Of a DNA stretch of 64,000 nucleotides, positions 9,060-18,069 are shown piece by piece; the stretch's first letter is position 1; every line of letters begins with the position of its first letter. The stretch comes from a virus: the IMG/VR virus record IMGVR_UViG_3300022554_000002, positions 1 to 64,000 of that record. One strand, 5' to 3'. A program made the position numbers and the translations under genes. Below the pieces are notes generated by a model. It was not told the DNA's origin, did not search any database, and worked only from the letters and a program-made list of their open reading frames with translations.

Positions 9060-9128
9060 TTTTAAAGGATAGGAAGATGAAGATCAGGCAAGGAAGCTAC
9101 ACCATTTCAACGGGCTGTAGCTGAAGCA

Positions 9129-9365
9129 ATGGCGTCAAATGGCACTTTTATGGGTAAGCCTATGGTAAAGTTTGGCGAAATGAGTGTCATGGATTATGAT
9201 TGGACAGAAGGACTTGATATTGACTTTGATGTTCCAGAATGTAAAGATGATGAAGACCCTGATGAACACGATGAAAAGTATAGTGCACATGACGCATGGT
9301 ATGCTTTTGTGGAACTTCTAGAAAAGAACAAAGATGACGTTATTTCTATGCACTTGGATGGTTAA
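9129..9365 (+). CDS. acidic hypothetical protein (possible upstream extension to 9077 via frameshift)
   Basis: Frame open from 9081; SD-preceded ATG at 9077 is in another frame. Confidence 0.55.
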   Translation: MASNGTFMGKPMVKFGEMSVMDYDWTEGLDIDFDVPECKDDEDPDEHDEKYSAHDAWYAFVELLEKNKDDVISMHLDG

Positions 9366-9366
9366 A

Positions 9367-9537
9367 ATGAAAATATTACTAAAAACTTTATTCATTTTTC
9401 TAATCTTTCCTCTTGGTCTACCAATTGTGGCTCTTGGGTTTATTACAAATGCTGTAATAGCACTTTTTGTAAATGGTATGAGTTTGTATAATAAATTCTG
9501 GAGTTGGCTCTTTAATCCACTTGACCCATATTTGTAG
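9367..9537 (+). CDS. small membrane protein
   Basis: Hydrophobic ORF. Confidence 0.55.
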   Translation: MKILLKTLFIFLIFPLGLPIVALGFITNAVIALFVNGMSLYNKFWSWLFNPLDPYL

Positions 9538-9548
9538 TAAAATTTAAC

Positions 9549-9577
9549 TTGACAAATGACTGCCCTAGTTGTATAAT
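9549..9577 (+). promoter_or_regulatory. sigma70-type promoter (N17)
   Basis: TTGACA-17-TATAAT upstream of radical SAM gene. Confidence 0.85.
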
Positions 9578-9618
9578 CAATATATAACCGGGGCAGTTTT
9601 ATTACAAAGGAAAAACGA

Positions 9619-10686
9619 ATGTATCCGAAAACCACTGAAGAAGTCAACAAGAATGTCCATGAAAATAGGCTAGTAAAGGCTTATAAATCAAAAAATTATA
9701 ACTATCTTTTTGACAAGACTAATGGTAGTTTTGGACGATGGGGCAAGCATATGAATGACGACCCCATCTATGCTCCTGCACCAGAAATTGCAGACATTGA
9801 AATTTCTGTAAATGGTTGTCCTAACAGGTGTAAGTTTTGTTACAAGGACAACAATCCTGACAAGCCTTCCAACATGTCTCTTGAAACGTACAAAAAGGTT
9901 CTGGACATTTTTCCCCGTACTCTTACACAAGTAGCTTTGGGTATTACCGGAGTGCAGACTAATCCAGATTTTATCAAGATTTTGGAATATACCAGAAGTA
10001 AGGGTATTATTCCAAACTTCACACTTACTGGTATTGATTTGACTGACGAACTTGCTGAACAGATTTCCAAACTCGTTGGTGCAGTTGCAGTAAGTGTTCA
10101 AAAAGACAACAAGAACATTTGTTACAATACTGTTCAAAAGTTTTCTTCCTTGGGGCTTAAGCAGGTTAATATTCATATTCTTGCTTCTCTTGAAACCAAG
10201 GACTTCATTTATGAAGTTTTGAACGATATTAAGACAGATGAACGTCTTAAAGGGCTATATGCCATTGTTCTCCTTGGTGTTAAGCCCAAGGGTAGGGCAA
10301 AGGGTTATTTTAACTCCCTGCCTCAAAGTGACGTAAATGAAATTATTAACTACTGTCTTAATAATAATGTTACGTTTGGGTGCGATAGCTGTTCTGCCCC
10401 TAAATGCTCAAATGCTATTGATGCCTCACACTTGACTCTTAGGGAAAAGAATAATATTCAAACCAACATTGAACCCTGTGAGAGTGACCTGTTTTCCTGC
10501 TATGTTAATGTAAAAGGTGAGTTTTGGCATTGTTCCTTTGCTGAAAACGAGCCTAACATTAATACTGTAAGCCTTTTGGGTGTTAAAGACTTCGTTTCTG
10601 AGGTTTGGTACTCTGCTGCTGTGCAGAATTTCCGAGAACGGTTGTTGGCGAATAACAGGCATTGTCCTGTGCACAATATTGGATAG
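9619..10686 (+). CDS. radical SAM enzyme with C-terminal SPASM/Twitch-like Cys motifs
   Basis: CPNRCKFC (CxxxCxxC); C-terminal GCDSC, PCES..SCYVNVKGEFWHCSF, HCP. Confidence 0.9.
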   Translation: MYPKTTEEVNKNVHENRLVKAYKSKNYNYLFDKTNGSFGRWGKHMNDDPIYAPAPEIADIEISVNGCPNRCKFCYKDNNPDKPSNMSLETYKKVLDIFPRTLTQVALGITGVQTNPDFIKILEYTRSKGIIPNFTLTGIDLTDELAEQISKLVGAVAVSVQKDNKNICYNTVQKFSSLGLKQVNIHILASLETKDFIYEVLNDIKTDERLKGLYAIVLLGVKPKGRAKGYFNSLPQSDVNEIINYCLNNNVTFGCDSCSAPKCSNAIDASHLTLREKNNIQTNIEPCESDLFSCYVNVKGEFWHCSFAENEPNINTVSLLGVKDFVSEVWYSAAVQNFRERLLANNRHCPVHNIG

Positions 10687-12063
10687 ACAAATGAAAAACG
10701 TAAACTATTAGAAGCAAAATGTGGTTATGATTGTTATGTTGAAGAAACTGAGTTTTTAACTGAACAAGGCTTTAAAAAATTTAATGAAATTACTAAAGAT
10801 ATAAAATTAGCAACATTTAATACAAAGACTTTTAAAGTAGAATATCATAACTATATAGATAAATTTTCTGGCACATTTTCAGGAAACTTATATAATTTAT
10901 TTGGGAATCATATAAATCTTCTTGTAACCCCAAATCATAGATTATTTTATAGAAAGGTTGAACGAAAAACCGAAAAAACTTATGATTGGCAGTTAAACCA
11001 AATTTCTACTTTACCTGACACATTTGAAATTTTAAGAAATATCACACCTAAAACTAAAAATTATTGTGATAAACATTATTTTATTAACACAATTATTACA
11101 AAAAAAGATTACCTAAATCTTATGGGTTGGTATCTTTCTGATGGTACTATAGAGTTCCGAAATGGAAAAGTAAGAGCAATTAGAATTTCTCAAAAACTTG
11201 ATGGCAAACTCTATAACGAAATGAGAAAATTTTACCATAAATATAAAAACAAAATAAAAATTGGCTTGTATAAATATAAAAGAAAACCAAACAATTTAAA
11301 TCCTAATGAAATTGTTGAGGTTACTTTAGTTATTTTTGATAAAAATATTACTAATAAATTTTATTTAGATTGTAATTGCAGAGAAGATAAAAATATTCCT
11401 AGATGGGTTTTTAATTTGTCTAAAACTAGTTTTGATATACTATTAAAAGCATTAATGCTTGGGGATGGGACTTTAAGCAGACCTGATAATAGTGAAATTT
11501 ATTATAGTAAATATTTTAAATTAGCATCAAGTATACAAGAATTAGCTTTTTTATCAGGGTATGAAACAAGTCTATATGGGCCATATAGTTATAAACGCCC
11601 AAACTATCCTTATGACCATTTTATGTATCAAATACACATAAATAAGACAAGAAAGCAATTTAAAAAATTAATAAGAAATCATAATGTAAAAGTACAAAAT
11701 GTTGAAAATAAGAATATTGTTTGTTTTACCACTCCTACTGGAACACTTGTTACGAGATACAATGGACACATTGGATTACAAGGAAATAGTAAACACGCTT
11801 GTCACCTAGTTAGACTATGCCGTATGGCTGAAGAAATTCTACGTGATGGTGTGGTATTGGTCAAAAGACCAGATGCTCAAGAACTGCTCAATATTCGCCA
11901 AGGAAACGTGCCTTATGAGGCTATTGAAGAGATAGCCGATACCATGGATGCCAAACTAGAAGCTCTTTATAAAACGTGTACTTTAAGGGATAAACCAGAC
12001 CATAAGGGAATTCAAAAATTATATAAAGACATTTGTGAAGAATTTTATAGAATTAGATTTTAA
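10687..12063 (+). pseudogene. 5'-truncated phage nucleotidyltransferase (C-terminal half) carrying an intein; no in-frame start codon
   Basis: NEKRKLLEAKCGYD|intein|SKHACHLVRLCRMAEEIL..RPDAQELLNIRQG matches the GYD.KHA.HLVRL tail of Pol-beta-family phage NTases; frame opens right after the radical SAM TAG. Confidence 0.7.
10732..11787 (+). mobile_element. intein with LAGLIDADG endonuclease (352 aa)
   Basis: Starts Cys (CYVEETEFLT), block B VTPNHR, GWYLSDG and LMLGDG motifs, ends QGN followed by Ser. Confidence 0.85.
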
Positions 12064-12068
12064 AAACA

Positions 12069-12120
12069 CTTGACAAACAGTTTTTCGCCTGTATAATATT
12101 AAAAGGTTAGTTCAATTACC
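12069..12120 (+). repeat. 52-bp promoter/leader repeat copy 2 (TTGACA-N16-TATAAT at 12070-12097)
   Basis: 48/52 identical to 5836-5887. Confidence 0.85.
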
Positions 12121-12142
12121 TTGGCGCAACGGGAGAAAAACT

Positions 12143-12526
12143 ATGATAGACGAAAGCTCGATGTACTGGCTGACGCGGATGGACTACGTCTGCGACATAC
12201 TAAAGGGATTCGGTATTTTCGGACTAATGTTCGGATTCCTCTCATGGGTGCCGTTTTTTGTGACGATTGGAGAGAGCGAACACGAAGCTGTAGCCAAAGT
12301 CGTAAAATGGTTGTCGCCAATACTTCTTGTGATGGGTATGCTTTGCGTGCTTGGCCGAGCATTTACGCCAACCACCAAGGAACTTGCCACCATAAAGGTC
12401 GTTCCCGCCATTGTGAACAACGAAACACTGAAGACGGAGTGCAGCGAGTTCTATTCCTTGGCAAAATCATGGCTCAAAGAATCACTCGGAGTCAAAACGC
12501 AAAAAGAAGTGGTGGAAGACAAGTAG
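12143..12526 (+). CDS. two-TM membrane protein
   Basis: YWLTRMD..two hydrophobic segments, SD GGGAG, GC-richer than flanks. Confidence 0.7.
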   Translation: MIDESSMYWLTRMDYVCDILKGFGIFGLMFGFLSWVPFFVTIGESEHEAVAKVVKWLSPILLVMGMLCVLGRAFTPTTKELATIKVVPAIVNNETLKTECSEFYSLAKSWLKESLGVKTQKEVVEDK

Positions 12527-12546
12527 AATAACCTAAAAGGTGAGAA

Positions 12547-13092
12547 ATGAAGATTAGAAAAGGTTTTGTTAGCAATAGCAGTTCTAGTAGTTTCGTAGTA
12601 GATGGAACTAAGAGAACAGTACTAGATGTAGCATTCGACATGGTTCCTGCTCGTGATTGGAAAGAACGAGATGAGGAATTACAAAAGAAAATTTTGGCAA
12701 AAATTGACAGTCCTAATGCTGATGCACCTATTGCTTTTCACAGTTGTAATTTTGACACATTTATTATGAAAATTAATAATACTATTTTTGTTGAAACTTG
12801 TAACAATCATACTTGGGAAGATTTTATAAATTATCACCACGCAACTGATGAAGAATTAAAACTTATAGGCCAAAGTGATAGGGATTTTGATGGATTTAGA
12901 ATTAATGACCTTGATTATTTTTGGTGGCCTGAATATGAAATAGAGGCAAAAAGATTCTATCCTGATTATGATTTTTGTAAAAATTGTTTTTGTGACATTC
13001 TTCAACTAAGAACAGGACAAAAAATTTGTCCTAAGTGTAAAAAGGATAGAAGTGAGGTTGGAAGCTACTCAAAATCAACTAGTCACTATTAA
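12547..13092 (+). CDS. MKIRxGFVSNSSS-leader family protein with C-terminal zinc ribbon
   Basis: MKIRKGFVSNSSSSSF; CKNC..CPKC. Confidence 0.75.
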   Translation: MKIRKGFVSNSSSSSFVVDGTKRTVLDVAFDMVPARDWKERDEELQKKILAKIDSPNADAPIAFHSCNFDTFIMKINNTIFVETCNNHTWEDFINYHHATDEELKLIGQSDRDFDGFRINDLDYFWWPEYEIEAKRFYPDYDFCKNCFCDILQLRTGQKICPKCKKDRSEVGSYSKSTSHY

Positions 13093-13100
13093 TTTAGGTT

Positions 13101-13174
13101 CGGCGGGTAGCTCAGAGAAAGAGCATCAGCATACATGCTGAAGGCCGGGGGTTAAATTCCTTCCCCGCCGACCA
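13101..13174 (+). tRNA. atypical tRNA-like RNA (Val TAC-like, 6-nt anticodon loop)
   Basis: 7-bp acceptor, D, anticodon and T stems and CCA present; D-loop lacks GG, T-loop TTAAATT, anticodon loop ATACAT. Confidence 0.65.
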
Positions 13175-13181
13175 TTAAATT

Positions 13182-13613
13182 ATGAAACCATATCGAAAAT
13201 TTGGAACTTTATTTCAAATTCGATGGAAAGAGGCTTTAGGTCGTCCTGAATGCCCCTATCTTTATCGTTGGACAATCATTATTTTAGGTTTTTCTATAAG
13301 ATTACACCGTTGGATTAGGTCAGACGACAAAAGATATTTTCATGACCATTCATGTGATTTTTTGTCTATTATTCTAAAAGGAAAATATACAAATGTCACA
13401 CCAAATGGTATGTTTACAGTAAAAGCGGGGTCTTATTGGTGGTCTAAAGGAAGTAATAGGCACTATTTAGACATTCCAAAAGGTGGTGCTTGGACACTTC
13501 TGTTTTGTACAAGACCATATCGAAAATGGTATTTTTGGATTACTGAAACGCGAAAGTTACGTCCACTTGAATACTTTCATAGATATAAAATTCCCCCCTG
13601 TGACTGTCAGTAG
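13182..13613 (+). CDS. cupin-like hypothetical protein
   Basis: IRLHRW..HDH..FLSIILKGKY..H..WTL. Confidence 0.55.
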   Translation: MKPYRKFGTLFQIRWKEALGRPECPYLYRWTIIILGFSIRLHRWIRSDDKRYFHDHSCDFLSIILKGKYTNVTPNGMFTVKAGSYWWSKGSNRHYLDIPKGGAWTLLFCTRPYRKWYFWITETRKLRPLEYFHRYKIPPCDCQ

Positions 13614-13617
13614 AGAA

Positions 13618-14427
13618 TTATTTGGTTGTATAGTCTGGTGCAGCTAAAAGTTTTCTACGAATCATATCACTAACTGGTGATTGTTTATATAGTTTTGGCT
13701 CATTACAACTTGCTGTAGTACAAATAACAGGAAATTTATTAACAAAGTAATCTGACAAATAAACGTTGTTCTTTTTCCAAGGCTTCCAGAATTTAGTCAT
13801 TTGTTTAGCTTGCTGTGGAGGATCAATTCTAGCCTGCTCAAGACAATATGCACCTAATTCAGTACAGTATAAGGCTGGTACACCCTCAGACTCAAAAGCA
13901 AAATTATAATCTAGTCCCACTTGGCTGAGTGCAGCATCGACAATGGCCTGCGCTTCATCCATTGTTTGCCAAGGTCGAACACAACAAATGTAATCGTAAT
14001 GGAAGAAAATGTCAAGAAGATCATAGGTTGCAACCCCTTCTGACGTAGCATGTGTAATTGTTCTAATGAATGTGTTTGGAGAGAATTCGTTTTGTGAATT
14101 TTTATAATTTTCACTAATTGATTTTGGTTTTAGAATTTCACGTGATTCTTTGTCATAATATCCTTTTACTGGACCTGTGTAAACCATTAAGTGTTTAAAA
14201 GTACCTTTAATAGCACCACCACTAAGTGCATAACGTTTCTGGGTAGTCAGAAACATATCTCCCGGCTTGATTAATGTACTGAATAGTCGGTAATCATTAC
14301 CCACGGTTCGTGTCTCATCACGTCCATAAAGCATTGCTGGATAAGGAAATAGGGCTAATATATGTTTAGAAAACCATATATCACCACCAATACATGCAAT
14401 TTTCTTTTGTAACCAATTGAAAAACAT
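13618..14427 (-). CDS. YiiX/YaeF-like permuted papain-fold amidase (peptidase C92)
   Basis: H..VY, THATSEGV, ALSQVGLDYNF, LYCTEL; SD AAGGAG. Confidence 0.75.
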   Translation of the reverse strand: MFFNWLQKKIACIGGDIWFSKHILALFPYPAMLYGRDETRTVGNDYRLFSTLIKPGDMFLTTQKRYALSGGAIKGTFKHLMVYTGPVKGYYDKESREILKPKSISENYKNSQNEFSPNTFIRTITHATSEGVATYDLLDIFFHYDYICCVRPWQTMDEAQAIVDAALSQVGLDYNFAFESEGVPALYCTELGAYCLEQARIDPPQQAKQMTKFWKPWKKNNVYLSDYFVNKFPVICTTASCNEPKLYKQSPVSDMIRRKLLAAPDYTTK

Positions 14428-14467
14428 AATCTTAGTCCTCTCCTTTTATATATAATCGGAATTTTCC

Positions 14468-14496
14468 TTGACAAAACACCTATCTACTTGTATAAT
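14468..14496 (+). promoter_or_regulatory. sigma70-type promoter (N17)
   Basis: TTGACA-17-TATAAT. Confidence 0.8.
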
Positions 14497-14967
14497 ATGA
14501 GTATGAAAATTACAACAGATAATATTGACACTGCCTACTCTTTTGAAGAACTAAAAGAGTTTAAAATTGATGTTCTTGATTTTATTAGAAATGATGCAAC
14601 GAACTTATTTGAGTTTTGGATTCCTAAAGAGATTGTGGTACGTGAACCAACATTTGTTATTCCTACACGAGTTAAGCTATATAATACAAATTTGTATGAG
14701 GTTCATGAGTATATCGCTGATACCTATATAAGAAAATTTATGCCCTATGAAGAATTAAGAAACCAAAAAGGTTTTAATGGTTGTGGTAATTATCCTAGCG
14801 TTATAGTAATGGAACTTTATGAGTGTTTTGGTGATGATGGACACACACAATATAAACATTGTGGATTTGTCTTCACTACCGCAGAAACTATTTCGCTTAA
14901 GATGCAGGTAAACGAGAACAAATTCTGTTCTCCTTGGCAATTTGGATTTTGGAGCAAAAAAACATGA
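14488..14967 (+). CDS. hypothetical protein
   Basis: ORF; start probably ATG 14497 or 14503. Confidence 0.6.
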   Translation: MYNMSMKITTDNIDTAYSFEELKEFKIDVLDFIRNDATNLFEFWIPKEIVVREPTFVIPTRVKLYNTNLYEVHEYIADTYIRKFMPYEELRNQKGFNGCGNYPSVIVMELYECFGDDGHTQYKHCGFVFTTAETISLKMQVNENKFCSPWQFGFWSKKT

Positions 14968-15182
14968 ATAATTCTTCTCCACCCAATCCCCTCATTATAC
15001 TGTTATTCCTTATTGTTGGCCTTTCTCTTGGTTTTGGTATAGGTCATGATTTTGGTAGAAACGCTCACAAAAGAGAAGCAATTAGAAATGGTGTTGCACG
15101 TTGGGTAACTACTACCTATGAAGATGGCAGTGCAACTACTAAGTTTGAATGGATTGTTCCTGATGAGAAAAAAGAAAAATAA
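14964..15182 (+). CDS. small membrane protein
   Basis: N-terminal TM, EAIRNGVARW. Confidence 0.6.
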   Translation: MNNSSPPNPLIILLFLIVGLSLGFGIGHDFGRNAHKREAIRNGVARWVTTTYEDGSATTKFEWIVPDEKKEK

Positions 15183-15187
15183 ACTAC

Positions 15188-15216
15188 TTGACAAAAGCCC
15201 TACCTAGCCTTATAAT
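15188..15216 (+). promoter_or_regulatory. sigma70-type promoter (N17)
   Basis: TTGACA-17-TATAAT. Confidence 0.85.
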
Positions 15217-15235
15217 AAGTAAGTAAGGAGATAAT

Positions 15236-15565
15236 ATGGAAGTCACATTTAATGGTGGTCCTATGGCTGGAAAAATGATGAATATTCCATCGGAACCAGA
15301 CGCATTTGAGTTTCCTATTTACACTACCAATGGTGCATCTAATGCAGTAGCCCGATATGAACGAATTAAAAAAACACATCATTATGAATTTGTTGGTAAG
15401 GAAGAAAATAAAGAAGTAATTCCTGCTCCCAAACAAAAGTCCGTTATTATTAAACGTACACGAATTGTTTTACCAAAGGAAAAAACTGAAGACACTCCTA
15501 TAATAAAAGGTCATATGGAATATGATACAAAGAAAGGTCGTTACGTAGTTAAGAAAGATGAATAA
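15236..15565 (+). CDS. hypothetical protein
   Basis: SD AAGGAG; FNGGPMAG. Confidence 0.65.
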   Translation: MEVTFNGGPMAGKMMNIPSEPDAFEFPIYTTNGASNAVARYERIKKTHHYEFVGKEENKEVIPAPKQKSVIIKRTRIVLPKEKTEDTPIIKGHMEYDTKKGRYVVKKDE

Positions 15566-15566
15566 A

Positions 15567-15701
15567 ATGAAATATAAATGTCATATTTGTGATTATGAAG
15601 AAGAAGTTACGGGGAAAACTAATGATGGTCCAATAGATGATGATGTTTTAGCTCTTAAGCAATACACAAAAGAACATGCAAAGGAAGACTCCAATGGATG
15701 A
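15567..15701 (+). CDS. small hypothetical protein (44 aa, not in ORF track)
   Basis: MKYKCHICDYEEE..; coupled to both neighbours. Confidence 0.5.
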   Translation: MKYKCHICDYEEEVTGKTNDGPIDDDVLALKQYTKEHAKEDSNG

Positions 15702-16071
15702 ACCAATTCCAGAATACTTTAGAGAGAAAATGCAGCTTAATATTGATACTGAACTTAAGACGTTTGTTGAAACTATATTAGAACACTGCTCATTCTTAGC
15801 TGCATGTCAAAAATCAAATCCAACTGTAATAGATGATATTCAACAACAAATTATCAAAAAATTTAAAATCACTGACTCTGAGGTATCATTTACCTCCTTG
15901 GAAATGGAAGAACTTTTGGAACAAATTAATAGCGATTATATCTATAAAACAATTCTTGATTTAACAGACAAAGGTTATCTATCCATGGGTGTAGGCAAAA
16001 ATGGCGAAATGACTATTGAAGCAACAAAACAAGGAAAAGAGTATATGAAATTTTTTGAAAAAAGGACTTGA
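15694..16071 (+). CDS. hypothetical protein, possible winged-helix C-terminus
   Basis: ILDLTDKGYL..IEATKQGKEY. Confidence 0.55.
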   Translation: MDEPIPEYFREKMQLNIDTELKTFVETILEHCSFLAACQKSNPTVIDDIQQQIIKKFKITDSEVSFTSLEMEELLEQINSDYIYKTILDLTDKGYLSMGVGKNGEMTIEATKQGKEYMKFFEKRT

Positions 16072-16096
16072 CAAAGACAAATAATTCCTGTATAAT
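16068..16096 (+). promoter_or_regulatory. sigma70-type promoter (N17)
   Basis: TTGACA-17-TATAAT. Confidence 0.85.
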
Positions 16097-16119
16097 ATAT
16101 ATAGAAAGGAATTATTGCT

Positions 16120-17208
16120 ATGAGCAAATATAATTTGTTGTTTATCCTTCTTTTGACTAGTTGTGGAATGTCTGATAAGCCAGTTCCACCTAAACCTGAA
16201 CCAAAAGTTGAAGAACCTATTGAGAAGGAACCGCCCAAGCCAATTCACATTAAACCAAGCAAAAGTGAACTCGCTGAAAAGAAACAGGAAGAAGAACGCT
16301 TAGGGCAACAGCAGGAAGAAATTAACAGGGTAAACGTTAATACACAGCGTGAGAAGGAATTGGCGGCACAACGAGCACTTGAAGAGGCAAAAAAGGCTGA
16401 ACAAGAGCGTATTAATAAGGAAGCATTAGAAACTCGGTATAAAGACTTTGTATCCAATCGTGAAAAACTAATTACTACCCTTGAAGCATTATTGCCAAAA
16501 ATTAAGTACCAGACAATGACTTTTGAAGACCAGCTTAAAGAAGCTAATGGTCAAATCACTGGTAGAAAAAACAGAATTCGTGAAATTGAACGACAGATTA
16601 ATGCACAACGTGAACTCCTAGAATCGCTCCCTAAAGATTCTGGTAAGGTTGCTTGTCCTAATATGCTTTGTGGTAAATACACTGGTACTGATACAATGGT
16701 TTCCACATGTCCATATTGCGGTACTGCATTACGTAAAAACAATACTATTAGTAATCAAAAGAAGGAAATTACTAGTAAAATTGAGCAATTAAATAAATCT
16801 CTGCAACGAGAACAACAGTTGGCAAGTACTATTTCGATTGAAGAATTACAGGCAAATCTAGAACAGTTCAAAAATATACAACCAGTTATTATACAAGCAA
16901 TTGTGAATTTAAAATATAGCCAAAGTAAAACAGACGAAGAGAATATTAAACAAATTGAAGCTCTTGAGCAGATAGTGAAAATCCAAACAGAGTTAGTGAA
17001 TAATGTTAAAACCATGATTCCTAATTTTAAGGAACCCACTCAAGCTACTACAAAAGTAGAGCCTGTTACTGCCCCTAAAAAGGTTTATACGCTGATTAAT
17101 GGACAGACGATTGAAGTTAAAAGTGAAATGATTGCTGGTGATGAAATTATTGTTAAAACTACTGATGGGAAAATGGTCACTATTAACAAGAAGGATATTG
17201 TTAAATAA
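16120..17208 (+). CDS. predicted lipoprotein with coiled coil and central Cys knuckle
   Basis: Signal peptide with LTS-C lipobox, Pro-rich linker, long heptad region, CPNMLC..CPYC. Confidence 0.7.
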   Translation: MSKYNLLFILLLTSCGMSDKPVPPKPEPKVEEPIEKEPPKPIHIKPSKSELAEKKQEEERLGQQQEEINRVNVNTQREKELAAQRALEEAKKAEQERINKEALETRYKDFVSNREKLITTLEALLPKIKYQTMTFEDQLKEANGQITGRKNRIREIERQINAQRELLESLPKDSGKVACPNMLCGKYTGTDTMVSTCPYCGTALRKNNTISNQKKEITSKIEQLNKSLQREQQLASTISIEELQANLEQFKNIQPVIIQAIVNLKYSQSKTDEENIKQIEALEQIVKIQTELVNNVKTMIPNFKEPTQATTKVEPVTAPKKVYTLINGQTIEVKSEMIAGDEIIVKTTDGKMVTINKKDIVK

Positions 17209-17213
17209 ATTGC

Positions 17214-17241
17214 TTGACAAACTAGGGTTAAGCCTTATAAT
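17214..17241 (+). promoter_or_regulatory. sigma70-type promoter (N16)
   Basis: TTGACA-16-TATAAT. Confidence 0.85.
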
Positions 17242-17259
17242 ACTACTAAGGGAAAATGT

Positions 17260-17481
17260 ATGAAATTGAAACTTATAATAAAAAATGGAAAACCTGAAGT
17301 ACAAAATGCCAAAACGGGTGAAGTTCTAAAAAACGTTGCTAATATTGACTATACCGAATACCTACATAACGTTCCAAGAATGACCCTTGAAATTCTTAAT
17401 GTTCCAAAAGTAGTAGTTATTGATACTCCTTATGAAAGTGAAAATAAAATTGTTGCAATAGACCATGCGTGGAGAAGTTAA
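17260..17481 (+). CDS. hypothetical protein
   Basis: ORF after promoter. Confidence 0.6.
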   Translation: MKLKLIIKNGKPEVQNAKTGEVLKNVANIDYTEYLHNVPRMTLEILNVPKVVVIDTPYESENKIVAIDHAWRS

Positions 17482-17482
17482 C

Positions 17483-17725
17483 ATGGCTGTGCACATATAT
17501 GTTCCTAAAGGTGGACGAATTAGTTCCGATGAAATTAAGCGACAAATGAAAGCAATTGAAGAAGGAAAAATTGGATATAAAATTACTGAATTACTAATGT
17601 CTGGTGATCCTGTTAAAAAAGCAAATATTGATAATGAAACACTGAAATTATTACAAAAGCATCTCGGAGAATACGTGTTAGTTAAGGATCGTGATAATTG
17701 TGTACGTGTTTTAAGGTGTTCATAG
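17483..17725 (+). CDS. hypothetical protein
   Basis: SD GGAG. Confidence 0.6.
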   Translation: MAVHIYVPKGGRISSDEIKRQMKAIEEGKIGYKITELLMSGDPVKKANIDNETLKLLQKHLGEYVLVKDRDNCVRVLRCS

Positions 17726-17726
17726 T

Positions 17727-18044
17727 ATGAATAAATCAATGTGTAGCATAAATATTCAATCTCAATATTGGTGCAAAGCGGACGACACACCAAACCACAA
17801 TTTTTGGGTTTATGGTTATTTTCCTGAAATTGGGAATGATGATGACGGCTATGGCTATGTTGATTTAGTGTATTTTAATAGTCTTAGTAATTGCTGGTAT
17901 GACAGGAATGGAAAGAGTAATCCGAAACCGTCTCTATGGTGTGCACTATATACACCAGAAAATCCATATATTTACTTTGACACACCTGAAGAAGCTGAAG
18001 AATTCAAAAATAAACTTGCAAAGGAGTATCCTAATGAATCATAA
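17727..18044 (+). CDS. hypothetical protein (DUF551-like W-rich pattern)
   Basis: WCK..TP..W..WCAL. Confidence 0.55.
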   Translation: MNKSMCSINIQSQYWCKADDTPNHNFWVYGYFPEIGNDDDGYGYVDLVYFNSLSNCWYDRNGKSNPKPSLWCALYTPENPYIYFDTPEEAEEFKNKLAKEYPNES

Positions 18045-18069
18045 ACAAGTTTGGGTAATAGAAATGTGA
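18034..18069 (+). pseudogene. 5' fragment of gene broken at left inversion breakpoint
   Basis: AAGGAG + MNHKQVWVIEM then TGA. Confidence 0.55.

Noticed and set aside
9077-9124. MKIRQG start as a sixth FVSNSSS-leader member
   Set aside because: Lacks FVSNSSS and stops after 15 codons; kept only as a possible frameshift.
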